NCBI GenBank assembly: GCA_963847975.1
Contig: CAWKBU010000018.1
Location: forward strand, 386,129 to 450,128
From: an uncultured Acidobacteriota bacterium
Lineage (GTDB): Bacteria > Acidobacteriota > Vicinamibacteria > Vicinamibacterales > 2-12-FULL-66-21
Length of the DNA stretch: 64,000 nucleotides
Direction: 5' to 3'
Below, piece by piece: positions 46,398 to 57,034 of this stretch; the first letter of the stretch is position 1, and each line of letters begins with the position of its first letter. The position numbers and the translations under genes were made by a program. The notes beneath the pieces are model-generated. The model did not search any database. It saw only the letters and a program-made list of their open reading frames with translations, and was not told the DNA's origin.

Positions 46398-49300
46398 CTA
46401 TCTGATGTCGTCGGCTTCGACCTGCACGGTTGTCAGCAACTCCTTGCCGCCAACCGCCAGCTTGACCACGTAGGTGCCGGGTTCGACGACGTTCTGTCCC
46501 ACCGTGAATGGAACGCCGCGGCCGCCACCACGGCCGCCTCGTCCGCCGCCACCGCCGCCGCCAAAACGGCCGCCGAGGACCGGCGTTGGACCGAGGTTCC
46601 ACTGCACGCGATTCAGCCCGGCGTCCTTCGTGCCATCCATCTCGCGGACCACGCGTCCGGTCGCGTCGCTGATCGTGATCTTGACGTCGCCGGTCGCCGC
46701 GGCTTTCAGGTAGTAGCTGATGGCCGTGCCGCCCTGGGGATTCTGGCCGCGGAAGTGCTTGTCGGCGCTGAGTCCGTTCGCCTTCGTAATGTCGTTCACC
46801 CACGCCGTGGCCTTGCGCACCTCGAAGAGGTGCGCGTCGGTCGTCGAGATCGCGTCGGTCATCTGCTGCAGGGGCGTGATGTCGTCGATGATCCAGATGC
46901 TGCGGCCGTGGGTGCCGAGGACGAGATCGTTGTCGCGTGGGTGCACCAGGACGTCGTCGATGCGGACCGTCGGAAGGCCGGTCATGAATCGCTTCCAGTC
47001 CTTGCCGCCGGTCAACGAGACGTAGAACCCGTACTCGGTGCCGACGTAGAGGAGGTTGCGGTTCTTCGGATCCTCCTTGATGACGTTGACGTTGCCCGTG
47101 GGCAGATTCGCGGCGATCGAGGCCCACGTCTGCCCGAAGTCGCGGGTCACGAACACGTAAGGCTTGTGGTCGTTGCTGCGATGGCCGTCAAACGACACGT
47201 AGCACGTGCCGGCGTCGAACGCCGACGGCTCGACGCGTGACACGTGCGTCTCGGCGGGCACGCCCTTGATGTTATCGACGACGTTCTTCCACGTCGCGCC
47301 GCCGTCGCGGCTCACCTGGACGTTGCCGTCGTTGGTGCCCACCCAGATGATGCCAGCCACGAGCGGCGATTCGCCGATCGTGATGATGTTGCTGTAGGAA
47401 GCCGCGCCGTCGTGCTTCGACGCCATCGGTGCCGTGCCTGCAACGCCCATGATCGGACGATCGTTTCTGCCGATGTTCTTGGTCAGGTCCGGCGACGCCG
47501 TCCATGTGTCGCCACGGGTGGTGGACTTGAACAGGCGATCGCCGCCGAGGTACACCGTGCTCGGGTCGTGGTGCGAGAGCATGAACGGCGTGCTCCAGTA
47601 GAAGCGGTAGTAGGTTCCCGGAGGCGGGGGAGGGACGACGTTGCCGGGACCGGCGCCGCGGCCGCCACGGCCGCCTCCGCCGCCGGCGGCTTGCGCCCCC
47701 GCTGGAGTCGCCGCGCCGGCGCCGCGACCTTGCGCGTCGGGCTGCGTCTCGGGTGGTGTCGGCGGTGGGGCAAATGGCGGCGTGGGGCGGATCGACTTCG
47801 ACTGACCGGTCTTGAGGTCGTAGCGGTTGGTGGCGCCGTCCTGCGACTCGGTATAGATGATCGTCCAGTCGCGCGGATCGTTGGCCGTGTAGAAGCCGTC
47901 ACCGCCGCCGGTGCGGTACCAATCGGCGTTCATGATGCCGGCCGCGCTCCGCACGGCGCTCGGGCCGCACCACGATCCGTTGTCCTGCAGGCCGCCGCAC
48001 ACGTAATAGGGCTTCCGCATGTCGACGCTGATGGCGTAGAACTGGCCGAGCGCCGCCAGGCTGAGCTCTTCCCACGTCGTCCCCTGGTCGTAGCTGATGT
48101 CGACGCCGCCGTCGTTGCCGATGATCAAGTGCTGGCCGTTGCGCGGGTTGATCCAGAGCGCGTGATGATCGCTGTGGCTCTGGCCACCCATGACGTTGAA
48201 CGTCTTGCCGCCGTCGACCGATTTGTAGGCGCTCGCACCGGTCGTGTACACGATGTCCGGGTTGCTCGGATCCACCCGGATCTTGCTGTAGTACATCGGG
48301 CGGTTGTTGTTGTTGCTCATGAATTTCCACGACTTGCCGCCGTCGTCGGAGCGCCACACGCCGCTCTTGGTGGGATCCGGCGGGGGCGCCTCGCCGCCTC
48401 GGCCTCCGCCGCCGCCACCACCACCTCGGCCTCCGGGTGGCACGAGCGTGCCGTCGTCGTTGACGCCCGCACCGGTGCCGCCGCTCGGCCCGACCTCGAG
48501 CTGCGCGTAGATCGTGGTCGGCTTGGACCGGCTGATGTTGAGGCCGATGCGACCGATGACCGGCGTCGGCGGGAGACCACTGCCCATGAGGCGCGTCCAG
48601 GTCTTGCCGGCGTCGCTCGTCCGCCAGATGCCGCTGCCGGGGCCGCCACCGTTGAAGCCCCACGGCTGCCGGCGGCGCTGATAGGACGCCGCGAAGAGCG
48701 TGTTCGGGTCGGTCGGGTGCATCACGAGATCGATGAAGCCCGTGTCGTTGTCGATGAACTTGGTGTTGGTCCAGGTCTTGCCGCCGTCGGTCGATTTGAA
48801 GACGCCACGCTCAGGATTGGGTCCGAAGAGATGGCCGACCGCCGCGACGTAGACCGTGTTGGGGTCCTTGGGGTGCACGACCACCTTGGCGATGGACTGC
48901 GTTTCTTTCAGGCCCACGTACTCGAATTTGAGGCCGCCGTCGGTGGACTTGTAGACGCCGGCGCCGAAGGACGAGCTCTGACGGTTGTTCGGCTCGCCGG
49001 TGCCGACATAGATGATGTTGGGGTTCGACGGTGCCAGCTCGATATCGCCGATGGAGGAGACCGGGAACTCGTCGAAGATTGGCGTCCACGTGGTGCCGTT
49101 GTTGACGGTCTTCCAGATGCCGCCGGTCGCATAGCCGACGTAGAAAGTCGAGGGGTTGCTCTCGTCGACGGCGATGTCGTCGACGCGTCCGCCCATGACC
49201 GCCGGGCCAATCGAGCGCCAGACGAACCGTTTCAGCACCGGGTCGTCCGATTCGTTCACCGGCCGCGGGGCCGGCGCTTCCTGGGCCTGCGGCTGTTCGG

Positions 49301-49409
49301 CCAGCATGCCCGTTCCTCCACCGATCGCAAAGACTCCCAGACCGGCCCACACCAGCAGCCGCACGCGCACGTTTCCTACCATGTCGACGATCTCCCCCCT
49401 GTGACGCAT
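46398..49409 (-). CDS. sortilin/VPS10-like BNR (Asp-box) repeat beta-propeller protein
   Basis: About 1000 aa with many S.DGG.TW repeats (STDGGLKF, STDGGKTWT, SDAGKTWT, SDDGGKSWK, SVDGGKTF, SRDGGATWK) and three Gly/Arg low-complexity inserts. The probable start is the internal MVGNVRVRLL... at 49382. Confidence 0.85.
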   Translation of the reverse strand: MRHRGEIVDMVGNVRVRLLVWAGLGVFAIGGGTGMLAEQPQAQEAPAPRPVNESDDPVLKRFVWRSIGPAVMGGRVDDIAVDESNPSTFYVGYATGGIWKTVNNGTTWTPIFDEFPVSSIGDIELAPSNPNIIYVGTGEPNNRQSSSFGAGVYKSTDGGLKFEYVGLKETQSIAKVVVHPKDPNTVYVAAVGHLFGPNPERGVFKSTDGGKTWTNTKFIDNDTGFIDLVMHPTDPNTLFAASYQRRRQPWGFNGGGPGSGIWRTSDAGKTWTRLMGSGLPPTPVIGRIGLNISRSKPTTIYAQLEVGPSGGTGAGVNDDGTLVPPGGRGGGGGGGGRGGEAPPPDPTKSGVWRSDDGGKSWKFMSNNNNRPMYYSKIRVDPSNPDIVYTTGASAYKSVDGGKTFNVMGGQSHSDHHALWINPRNGQHLIIGNDGGVDISYDQGTTWEELSLAALGQFYAISVDMRKPYYVCGGLQDNGSWCGPSAVRSAAGIMNADWYRTGGGDGFYTANDPRDWTIIYTESQDGATNRYDLKTGQSKSIRPTPPFAPPPTPPETQPDAQGRGAGAATPAGAQAAGGGGGRGGRGAGPGNVVPPPPPGTYYRFYWSTPFMLSHHDPSTVYLGGDRLFKSTTRGDTWTASPDLTKNIGRNDRPIMGVAGTAPMASKHDGAASYSNIITIGESPLVAGIIWVGTNDGNVQVSRDGGATWKNVVDNIKGVPAETHVSRVEPSAFDAGTCYVSFDGHRSNDHKPYVFVTRDFGQTWASIAANLPTGNVNVIKEDPKNRNLLYVGTEYGFYVSLTGGKDWKRFMTGLPTVRIDDVLVHPRDNDLVLGTHGRSIWIIDDITPLQQMTDAISTTDAHLFEVRKATAWVNDITKANGLSADKHFRGQNPQGGTAISYYLKAAATGDVKITISDATGRVVREMDGTKDAGLNRVQWNLGPTPVLGGRFGGGGGGGRGGRGGGRGVPFTVGQNVVEPGTYVVKLAVGGKELLTTVQVEADDIR

Positions 49410-49520
49410 CAGTGGGGTCAGATCCTGACAGCATCAAGATCCGACCCCTCTTGCTGCTGGCGCGCACACACCAGCAGCCGCGGGTAATTTACTACATCGA
49501 CTAGTAGGTCGTTTCGGCGG

Positions 49521-50096
49521 CTAGCGCTTGAAGTCGACTTTGGGAAGTTTCTGCGCGTCGGGAGGGGCCTCGAAGTATTTGTATTCCTTGAACCCGAACG
49601 CCTTCGCGGTCACGTTGGAGGGGAAGCTGCGCCGGAGCGTGTTGTACTGGCGCGCGGCATCGTTGTAGCGCTGCCGCGCCACGGCAATCCGATTCTCGGT
49701 TCCCGCCAGTTCGTCCATCAGCCGCTGGAAGTTCGCGTCGGATTTGAGTTGGGGATAGTTTTCGACGACCGCGAGCAGGCGCGAGAGCGCGCTCGTCTGC
49801 GCGTTGGCGGCCTCGATCTGCTCGTCAGGTGTCTTCGCGCTCATCATCCGGGCCCGCGAGTCGGCGATGGCGGTGAAGATGTCGCGCTCCTGGTCGGCGT
49901 AGCCCTTGACCGTCTCGACGAGATTCGGGATGAGGTCGTTGCGCCGCTGCAGCTGATTCTGCACTTCCGCCAGCGCCGTCTTGAGCGCCTCTTCCTGGCC
50001 GGTGAACGTGTTGTAGGAGCAGCCGGACAGCGCAAGCGCCAGTGTGCCGACGAGCGCCAGGTTGAATGCGTTTCTAAGTCTAGTCATGGTTACCAC
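49521..50096 (-). CDS. lemA: LemA-family protein
   Basis: 191 aa with lipobox/anchor ALALSGC, ...RRNDLIPNLVETVKGYA.HE-like region, and ...ENRIAVARQRYNDAARQYN. Confidence 0.9.
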   Translation of the reverse strand: MVTMTRLRNAFNLALVGTLALALSGCSYNTFTGQEEALKTALAEVQNQLQRRNDLIPNLVETVKGYADQERDIFTAIADSRARMMSAKTPDEQIEAANAQTSALSRLLAVVENYPQLKSDANFQRLMDELAGTENRIAVARQRYNDAARQYNTLRRSFPSNVTAKAFGFKEYKYFEAPPDAQKLPKVDFKR

Positions 50097-50911
50097 CCTC
50101 CAGAGGCGCCACCGCCGCCACTGCGGCCGCCGCCAAACCCGCCGAATCCACCGCCGCCTCCGCCGCCGAAACCGCCGAAGCCGCCGCCAAAGCCGCCCTG
50201 GCCGGTGCCGAACGGCCCCACGCCGCTGTTCCAGCCGCTCCAGGGGCCGACACCCCAGTGCCGATTCCGCCGCCGCGATCGCCGGCTCAACATGAAGATG
50301 ATGAACAGGATGAACAAGAAGACCCGCAGGGCGTCGGCGAAGTCGCCGTCCGAACCGCCGCGCGCCGGGGCCTGAACGGGAACCGCGGTCGGCACATCCG
50401 TCAACTGGACGCCGCGTCCCTCGGCGATGCGGTTGATGATGCGGGTGGTGCCAGCGATGAGGCCGGCGCCGTACTGCCCTTGCCGGAAGGCTGGGAGGAT
50501 GCTCTCGCGAATCGTCTGTCCGGAGAAGCCGTCGGTCACGAATCCCTCGAGGCCGTATCCGACCTCGATGCCCACCTTGCGGTCCTCGACCGCGACGACG
50601 ATCAGCAGGCCGTTGTCCTTACCGCGCTCGCCGATGCCCCGGCCCTGATTCTCGAACATCTTGACGGCGTATTCCCTGACGTCGGCATACGGCTGAAACG
50701 TGGGAACCGTCGCGACGACCACGACGTCGCCGCTGGCGCGCTGCAGCGCCAGGATGCGTCGGTCGAGTTCGCGCTCGCTCGATTCGTCGATGACCCCGGC
50801 AAAGTCGTTGACGGTCGCGCTGAGGAGTGGCGGTGCCGGTTGGCCCGCGGCCCGGCCGGCCGTAAGGATGAAGACGATGCAGACGGCGAGCGCGTGCCTC
50901 ACGCGCGCCAC
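50090..50911 (-). CDS. TPM-domain protein (YgcG-like) with Gly-rich C-terminal tail
   Basis: 273 aa: ...VNDFAGVIDESSERELDRRILALQRASGDVVVVATVP.., one TM, and tail GGFGGGFGGFGGGGGGGFGGFGGG. Confidence 0.85.
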   Translation of the reverse strand: MARVRHALAVCIVFILTAGRAAGQPAPPLLSATVNDFAGVIDESSERELDRRILALQRASGDVVVVATVPTFQPYADVREYAVKMFENQGRGIGERGKDNGLLIVVAVEDRKVGIEVGYGLEGFVTDGFSGQTIRESILPAFRQGQYGAGLIAGTTRIINRIAEGRGVQLTDVPTAVPVQAPARGGSDGDFADALRVFLFILFIIFMLSRRSRRRNRHWGVGPWSGWNSGVGPFGTGQGGFGGGFGGFGGGGGGGFGGFGGGRSGGGGASGGW

Positions 50912-51671
50912 CCGTCGACGTAGCGCCAGATCCGTTCGCTTGCGTCGACGTAGCGCGCCAGGAGCGCCGTCGGGTCGGCCATCGTGCCCATGCCGGAGGG
51001 TGCCGACAGGACTTCGACAATCAGGGGTGCCGGGACACCGATGGTGCGCTCGATTCTCGCCGCAAGGGCCGGAGCGTCGGTCTCGACGGGCCCGCCGTGT
51101 TCGAGCTGGGTCAAACTGAGCTGGATCAAATTAAAGAGGAGCGTGCGAAACGCGGGCGCCGACGACGCGATGAGCCGAACGACACTCCTCGGGTCGCCCT
51201 GGGTTTCGAGGAAGCCCTCACGCAGGTGGATCAGGTGACTCTTGGCTTGCTGCTCGCAACCGCGCCGGCGATCGGCGTCCGCACACGCGTACCCCGCCAA
51301 ACGGATCTTCGCCGGCGACGACCACATGACTCGCGATGAGGTTGCCGTACTCGAGCGGGAAGACGTCGAGCGTACGCTCGAACTCGTGCCGGCGAGAGGA
51401 TGAGCGGGACTGCCAGCCCCCGGCGCTGCCACGTCGCGGTCAGCGGTACGGCCCGCGCGAGGTCTTCGAACGTCACACGTTCGGTGAGGGCGAGCGTTCG
51501 CACGTAGGCGGCATCACCAGTGAGCCCTGCCAGCCCATACGCGACGACCGAGTGCAGCCGCGCGCCGAAGATCGTTCGAAGGTCGCTGACGAGCGCCTCG
51601 AGGTCCGCGCGCTGGCGGTCCGTCAGGTCCACAGCCGATGGTGACGCCATTAACGCCATTATACTGACCAC
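50899..51671 (-). pseudogene. nucleotidyltransferase-like protein, two apparent frameshifts
   Basis: The N-terminal ORF (...LHSVVAYGLAGL...RGLAVPLILS), a third frame (RHEFERTLDVFPLEYGNLIASHVVVAGEDPF) and the C-terminal ORF (...DRRRGCEQQAKSHLIHLREGFLETQGDPRS...) read as one protein. The joins are near 51390 and 51285. Confidence 0.55.
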
Positions 51672-51675
51672 TTAC

Positions 51676-52638
51676 ATGCAGCTTCGTACCTTGAACGTCG
51701 GATGCTTCGGCGGTGGCACGGGTCTGCCGAGCTTGCTCGGTGGCCTGAAGACCAATCCGTGGCTGGTCGTGCATGCCATCGTGACGATGTTCGACAGCGG
51801 TGGCAGCTCGGGCCAGTTGCGCGACGAGCTCGGCGTGCTGCCGCCGGGCGATGTCCTTCGCTGCGCGCTGGCGCTCGCCCGCAACGAGCGCGAAGCGCGC
51901 AACGTGTTGCTCGCCCGGCTCTCGATGCCTGAGCACGCGCGGCTCCGGGGGCACACCGGTGGCAATCTGCTGCTCTCGATGATGGAGCGCTACAGCGGCG
52001 ATTTCCTGGCGGCCGTGGACGGTCTGCGCGCGCTTCTCGGCTGCGAGGGGCACGTCTGGCCGGTCACGACGGAGCCCGCCAGCATCTGCGCCGACTACGG
52101 TGATGGATCGTCAACCCGAGGCGAGGTCGAAGTCGACGCCGGTCAGACCGCCGGCCATGCCATCACGCGACTCTGGCTCGAGCCCGACGTGCACCTCCAC
52201 GCGGCAGCCGGCGCCGCCATTAGCGCGCTCGACGCCGTCGTCATCGGCCCGGGGAGCTTCTATACCAGCCTGATGCCGATCCTCCTCGTCCGCGGGGCGC
52301 CGGAAGCCGTCCGCGCCGTCCCGGGCCCCATCGTCCTCGTCACCAATCTGCTGACCGAGGGGCGCGGCATGTGGGGATTCACGGCCGGCGAGGCCGTCCG
52401 GCGGATGGCCGACGTGATTGGCCGGCCGGTCGATGTCGTAATTATGGACAACTCGACGCCTGCCCCGACCACGCTGGCGCGTTACCTCGAGGAACATAAG
52501 CGCCCGCTCGAACGCGGCGATATTCCGGCGTCCTGCGAGGTCGTGGAAGGGGAGTTCTGGTCGTCCGAGATAGCCCGCCACGACCGGCGGCGGCTGGCTC
52601 AGGCGGTCTGGGCCGTCCTGGCGAAACGACTGCTCTAG
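51676..52638 (+). CDS. YvcK/CofD-family (UPF0052, gluconeogenesis factor-like) protein
   Basis: From ATG 51676: VGCFGGGTGLPSLLGGLK...VTMFDSGGSSGQLR...GHTGGNLLL...VIGPGSFYTSLMP. Confidence 0.85.
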   Translation: MQLRTLNVGCFGGGTGLPSLLGGLKTNPWLVVHAIVTMFDSGGSSGQLRDELGVLPPGDVLRCALALARNEREARNVLLARLSMPEHARLRGHTGGNLLLSMMERYSGDFLAAVDGLRALLGCEGHVWPVTTEPASICADYGDGSSTRGEVEVDAGQTAGHAITRLWLEPDVHLHAAAGAAISALDAVVIGPGSFYTSLMPILLVRGAPEAVRAVPGPIVLVTNLLTEGRGMWGFTAGEAVRRMADVIGRPVDVVIMDNSTPAPTTLARYLEEHKRPLERGDIPASCEVVEGEFWSSEIARHDRRRLAQAVWAVLAKRLL

Positions 52639-52662
52639 TCTGTGCGTATATCTGTGCGTATA
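52639..52662 (+). repeat. perfect 2 x 12-nt tandem direct repeat upstream of the second ECF sigma gene
   Basis: tctgtgcgtata|tctgtgcgtata, immediately after the yvcK-like stop and 20 nt before ATG 52682. Confidence 0.8.
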
Positions 52663-52681
52663 AGCGAGCAGCCCATGCGCT

Positions 52682-53329
52682 ATGATTGGGCGATCGACCC
52701 TAGTTATGGCAGACCCCCTGCCCGGCTCGATTTCGGCGCTGTCGCTCTCGTTGAGCGCCTCGGATACTCATTCGTCGCTTGAGCTGCTGGTCCGTGCCCA
52801 AGATGGCGACGAGGTTGCCCGCAACGAGCTCTGCGCCCGCTATCTGCCACGGCTGCGCCGCTGGGCCCACGGCCGCTTGCCCATCTGGGCGCGCGAGCAT
52901 CTCGATACCGAAGACATCGTCCAAGATACGCTGCTCCGCTCGGTCCGTAAACTCGACGTCTTCACGCCGCAGCACGAGCGCGCGTTTTGTGCCTACGTCT
53001 GCGAAGCGCTTCGCAATCGCCTCCGCGACGCGCTGCGCCGCGCCGCGCGGCGGCCGGCGAGCACCGCCATCCCCGAGGACGAACCAGCCAGCGATCCGTC
53101 GCCGCTCGAAGTCGCCGTCGGCCGTCAGACGCTCGGCCGATATGAGCAGGCCCTGCAGCGGCTGCGCGAGTCCGACCGCGAATTGATCATCGCCCGAGTC
53201 GAGCTTGGCCTCGACTACCGCGAGATTGCCGACCTGCTCGGCAGGCCGTCCGTCGGAGCCGTGCGAGTGGCGATCAGCCGCGCGCTGCTTCGACTTGCTA
53301 CGGAGATGGGCGTTGAGCGGACAGCGTGA
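52682..53329 (+). CDS. ECF-type sigma factor (kinase-associated)
   Basis: 215 aa with region 2 ...TEDIVQDTLLRSV... and region 4 ...LDYREIADLLGRPSVGAVRVAISRALLRL. There is no anti-sigma gene. The next gene is a Ser/Thr kinase whose start overlaps by 17 nt. Confidence 0.85.
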   Translation: MIGRSTLVMADPLPGSISALSLSLSASDTHSSLELLVRAQDGDEVARNELCARYLPRLRRWAHGRLPIWAREHLDTEDIVQDTLLRSVRKLDVFTPQHERAFCAYVCEALRNRLRDALRRAARRPASTAIPEDEPASDPSPLEVAVGRQTLGRYEQALQRLRESDRELIIARVELGLDYREIADLLGRPSVGAVRVAISRALLRLATEMGVERTA

Positions 53330-56140
53330 CGACGCCTGGCTCATCGCGCTCGGTACTGATGTCTCCGACGGCAAAACCGTCGACTGGGATCTCGTGGATC
53401 GTCGTCCGCTCGACGACGACGCCCGCGCGCTAGTCGAGAACCTCAAGCGGCTCGAGGCCGTCGTGCAGGCGCATCGGGTTTCCGCGAGCGACGTGACGGC
53501 GGATGATTCTCCGGATGACCCGGATGCGACCACCACGGGACACTGGCAGCACTTCCTGCTCTTCGAGTCCGTCGGCGCGGGTGCGTTCGGCACCGTCTAT
53601 CGCGCCTGGGACACGAAGGTCGATCGCGAGGTCGCGCTCAAGCTTGTGTCCGCGGGCGCGACGAGCCGTTCGCCGCTGAGCGAAGCGCGCAACCTCGCCC
53701 GCATCCGGCACCCCAACATCGTCACGGTCTACGGCGCCGAACAGGACTCCCAGCACGTCGGCATCTGGATGGAATTCATCCAGGGAGAGACGCTCGCCAA
53801 AATGGTGCGCGACCGCGGCCCGATGAGCGCGCGCGAGGTCGTGGGCATTGGCGTGGACCTTTGCAGCGCGCTGTCCGCGCTGCAGGGGGCGTCGCTGCTG
53901 CATCGCGACATCAAGGCGCACAACGTGATGCGCGAAGTTGGCGGCCGCATCGTCCTGATGGACTTCAGCGGCGCGTGGACGTCGGAAGCGGGTGAGACCC
54001 CCGCGAACCTGTCCGGTACTCCGCTCTACATGGCCCCGGAGCTCTTCGAGAACCGGCCGCCGAGCGTGGCGAGCGACATCTACAGCCTGGGCGTGCTGCT
54101 GTTCTATCTGCTGGCGGGCCGGCTGCCGGTCGAGGGACCCTCGCTCGCCGAGCTCAAGGACGCCCATGCCCGCCGCCTGCGAACGCGGTTGCGCGACCTG
54201 CGTCCGGAACTTCCGGAGGCGGTCGTCCAGGTCGTCGAACGCGCCGCGGCTCACGACGCGAGCGAGCGCTACCAGACCGCTGGCGAGTTGGAGCACGCCC
54301 TGGTCGGCACGCTCGGGGCTCATGCGGCAGTGCCGTCTCCGACCGTCGCTCGGATGCCACGGACCCGCGCGGACATTCGGGGCCGACGGCGGGCCGGTTG
54401 GGTGACGTGGGCGTCGGTAGCGGTTGCCGCGCTGGCGGTCGCTGCGCTCGCGCTGGAAGGATCGTTGCGCCCCACGGCGGCAGAAGATCCGATGCTCATC
54501 CGCGTTTCCGATCGCCCTGCCGGAAAACACGCGCAGCTGGCCGCGTCTGTCGCCCGATGGGCGGCAGGTCCTTTACGGGACTACGTTCGAGGGCCGGGAC
54601 GTGTTGTGGGTGCGCGAGCTCCGTGCCGCCGAGGGACGGCCCATCCCTCATACGTCGGCGCGCGAGACGCCATTCTGGTCATTTGATTCGCGTACCGTCG
54701 CGTTCTTCGACGAGGGGAAGCTGAAGAAGATCACGGTCGCGGGTGCGAGGGACCGGCAGGAGGCCCAGATCATCACGGACGCGCCGCATCCCGAAGGGCG
54801 GCGACTGGAATCACGCCAACGTGCTGCTCTTTGCCACGAACGCCGGCGTCTTTCGTGTCAGCCCGGACGGCTCCGGACTCGCGCCGGTGACGACGCTCAA
54901 CGCGGCGCGCGGCGAGTACTCGCACGGCTGGCCGGAATTCCTTCCTGATGGCCGCCGTTTTCTCTTCGTCGTGCGGAGCTCGCGGCCCGAACACTCGGGG
55001 ATCTACCTGACCTCGCTCGACAAGCCAGACGAGCGCAAGCGGGTGATGCCGGACTATTCGCGTGCGGCGTACTCGTCCGGGATATCTGCGTTCGCGCGTG
55101 ACGGGTCGCTCTTCGCTGCAGCGGTTCGACGAGCGCTCGGGAGAATTGCGGGGCAATCCGACGGAGGTGGCGGCCCGCGTCAAATATCACGGCGGCGGCG
55201 ACGGCGCTTTCGACATGGCCGGGAATGTGCTCGTCTACCGGCAGTCCGAAGGTCTCCCCATGACGCGGCTGCTGTTCCTCGATCGGGACGGGAATCAGGT
55301 GCGCCCGGGCTTGCCGATTGGCACCTACCGTCATCCGCGATTCTCGCCCGACGGCAAGCGCATCGTCATCGAGAGCCTCGACCCTCGGAGCTCGAATTCC
55401 GATCTCGTGTTGTTCGACCTCGCGCGGTCGATGTTCGAGGCGGTCACGAAGTCCGACGCGCCTGACGTCGCGCCCGTCGTGGTCACCCGACGGGCGCGAG
55501 ATCGCATTTTCGTCCAAGCGAGGAAGCCGCTACGAGACCTTTACAAAGGTCGTTGACGGTGTGACCCCGGAGCAGCTTCGGCCGGGTCCTGACGGGGACA
55601 AATATGTCGAGGATTGGACCGACGCGGGCGAGCTGATCGAGACCGTTTTGCGGCAGGGTCTCTGGCGCGCGCCGCTGGCAGGGGGAAAGCGCCCCGCGTT
55701 GATTCGCGAAACGGCTTCGGCCGAGCGATGGCTGGCCGAGGTGTCGCCCGGACGGTCGCTGGATCGCGTACACCTCGTTCGAATACGGCGCGCCGGGCGT
55801 GTATGTGGAGCGCCTCGACAGTTCGGCAGCGGCCCCCAGCGTGCGACATCAGGTGTCGGCCGGCGGTGGCGCCGAGCCGCACTGGCGTCGCGACGGGCGC
55901 GAGTTGTTTTACCTGACCACCGACGGCTACGTGGCCTCGGTTGCGGTCACGGCTGGCGAGAACCTGGACCCGCAAAAGCCGCGTGTGCTCTTCCGCGCGA
56001 CCGTTCCCGATCCGGCCAACACCTCGGGCTTTCACGTCACCCAGGACGGCAAGCTGTTTGTCGTCAACACGATCGTCGGCTATGCCCCAGTGCCCCCCGT
56101 GCACGTCGTCGTGAATTGGCCCGCCCTCCTGGGGCGGTAG
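53313..56140 (+). pseudogene. Ser/Thr protein kinase + TM + TolB-like (PD40) beta-propeller, at least five apparent frameshifts in the propeller half
   Basis: The kinase part is intact (GAGAFGTVYRAWD...VALK; HRDIKAHNVM; DFSGA; GTPLYMAPE) with TM WVTWASVAVAALAVAALAL. The propeller has to be stitched from ORFs 54424-54948, 54743-55465, 55062-55556, 55318-56214 and 55799-56140 (LSPDGRQVLY, FLPDGRRFLF, FSPDGKRIVI, WSPDGREIAF, VSPDGRWIAY). The joins are near 54502, 54790, 55115, 55480 and 55755. Confidence 0.75.
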
Positions 56141-56212
56141 CCTCGCTTTTCTTTCGCGTAATCCCTCCGCGGCCTGTACGAAAACTACTCCTTCGTCGTT
56201 TATACCATGCAT

Positions 56213-56252
56213 GAGGTGGCTGGCGCCTTCCCGTGAGAGTGCCAGCCACCTC
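56213..56252 (+). terminator. strong hairpin downstream of the kinase gene (weak U-tract)
   Basis: Perfect 12-bp arms gaggtggctggc / gccagccacctc with a 16-nt loop. A gttttg run begins 9 nt later. Confidence 0.35.
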
Positions 56253-56313
56253 TGACGGGTGTTTTGCAGCCAAGTTACTCACACACAGGTGGTTACGCGA
56301 ATGCTGCAGTACG

Positions 56314-56989
56314 GTGGACACGGCGCGGGGCCCGGAGTTGAGGAGCGCGCCACTGGCGGCGCGGGTCGTCATCGCCGACGAGCAGCCACTCATGCTCGAG
56401 GGGCTGGCGCAGGTGCTGCGTTCGTTTCCTGACGGCGGCGGTCGAACGCTGCACGACGGGAGCTGAGCTCTTCACGGCGATTCTCGCCAGCGAGCCTGAT
56501 CTCGGCGATCGCCGACATTCGGTTGAGCGCTCCTGACGGTTTGACGGTGCTGCGCGAAGTCCGGCGGCGCGGCCTTCAGATTCCCTTCATGGTGGTCAGC
56601 GGTGGCTTGAGCGATTCGGAGGTGCTCGAGGGAATGCAGCTTGGCATCCGCGGGCTCGTTCCGAAGGACGCGCCGATTGACGACATCGAGCGCTGCGTGC
56701 GCACGGTCCTCAGCGGCGGGACCTGCCTGGACCAGTCGCTCGTCGGCCGCGCGATGGAAGCGCTCCAGACGCGCGAGACGGCTCTGCGGGAGATTTCAGG
56801 GTTGCTGACGGGGCGTGAGATGCAGGTGCTGCAATGATTGTTGGAGGCGCGCGCACCCGCGAGGTGGCCGGCCGCCTGGCGGTGAGCGAGGGGACCCTCA
56901 AGGTCCACCTCCACCACATTTATCAGAAGCTGAACGTGACCGGCCGCGACGGGCTGATCGCCTTCGCGCGCGCCAAGGGCCTCGTCTGA
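56314..56989 (+). pseudogene. NarL/LuxR-family response regulator, three apparent frameshifts
   Basis: Stitched reading: ...RVVIADEQPLMLEGLAQVLRSFPD | VVERCTTGAELFTAILASEPDL | AIADIRLSAPDGLTVLREV...LVPKDAP... | (M)IVGGARTREVAGRLAVSEGTLKVHLHHIYQKLNV.... The joins are near 56435, 56500 and 56835. The last looks like caaatg shortened to caatg. Confidence 0.7.
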
Positions 56990-57034
56990 CCGCCGAACGT
57001 ACCGGAGGCCTTGCTGCCGCGCCCTAGTTGGGTC

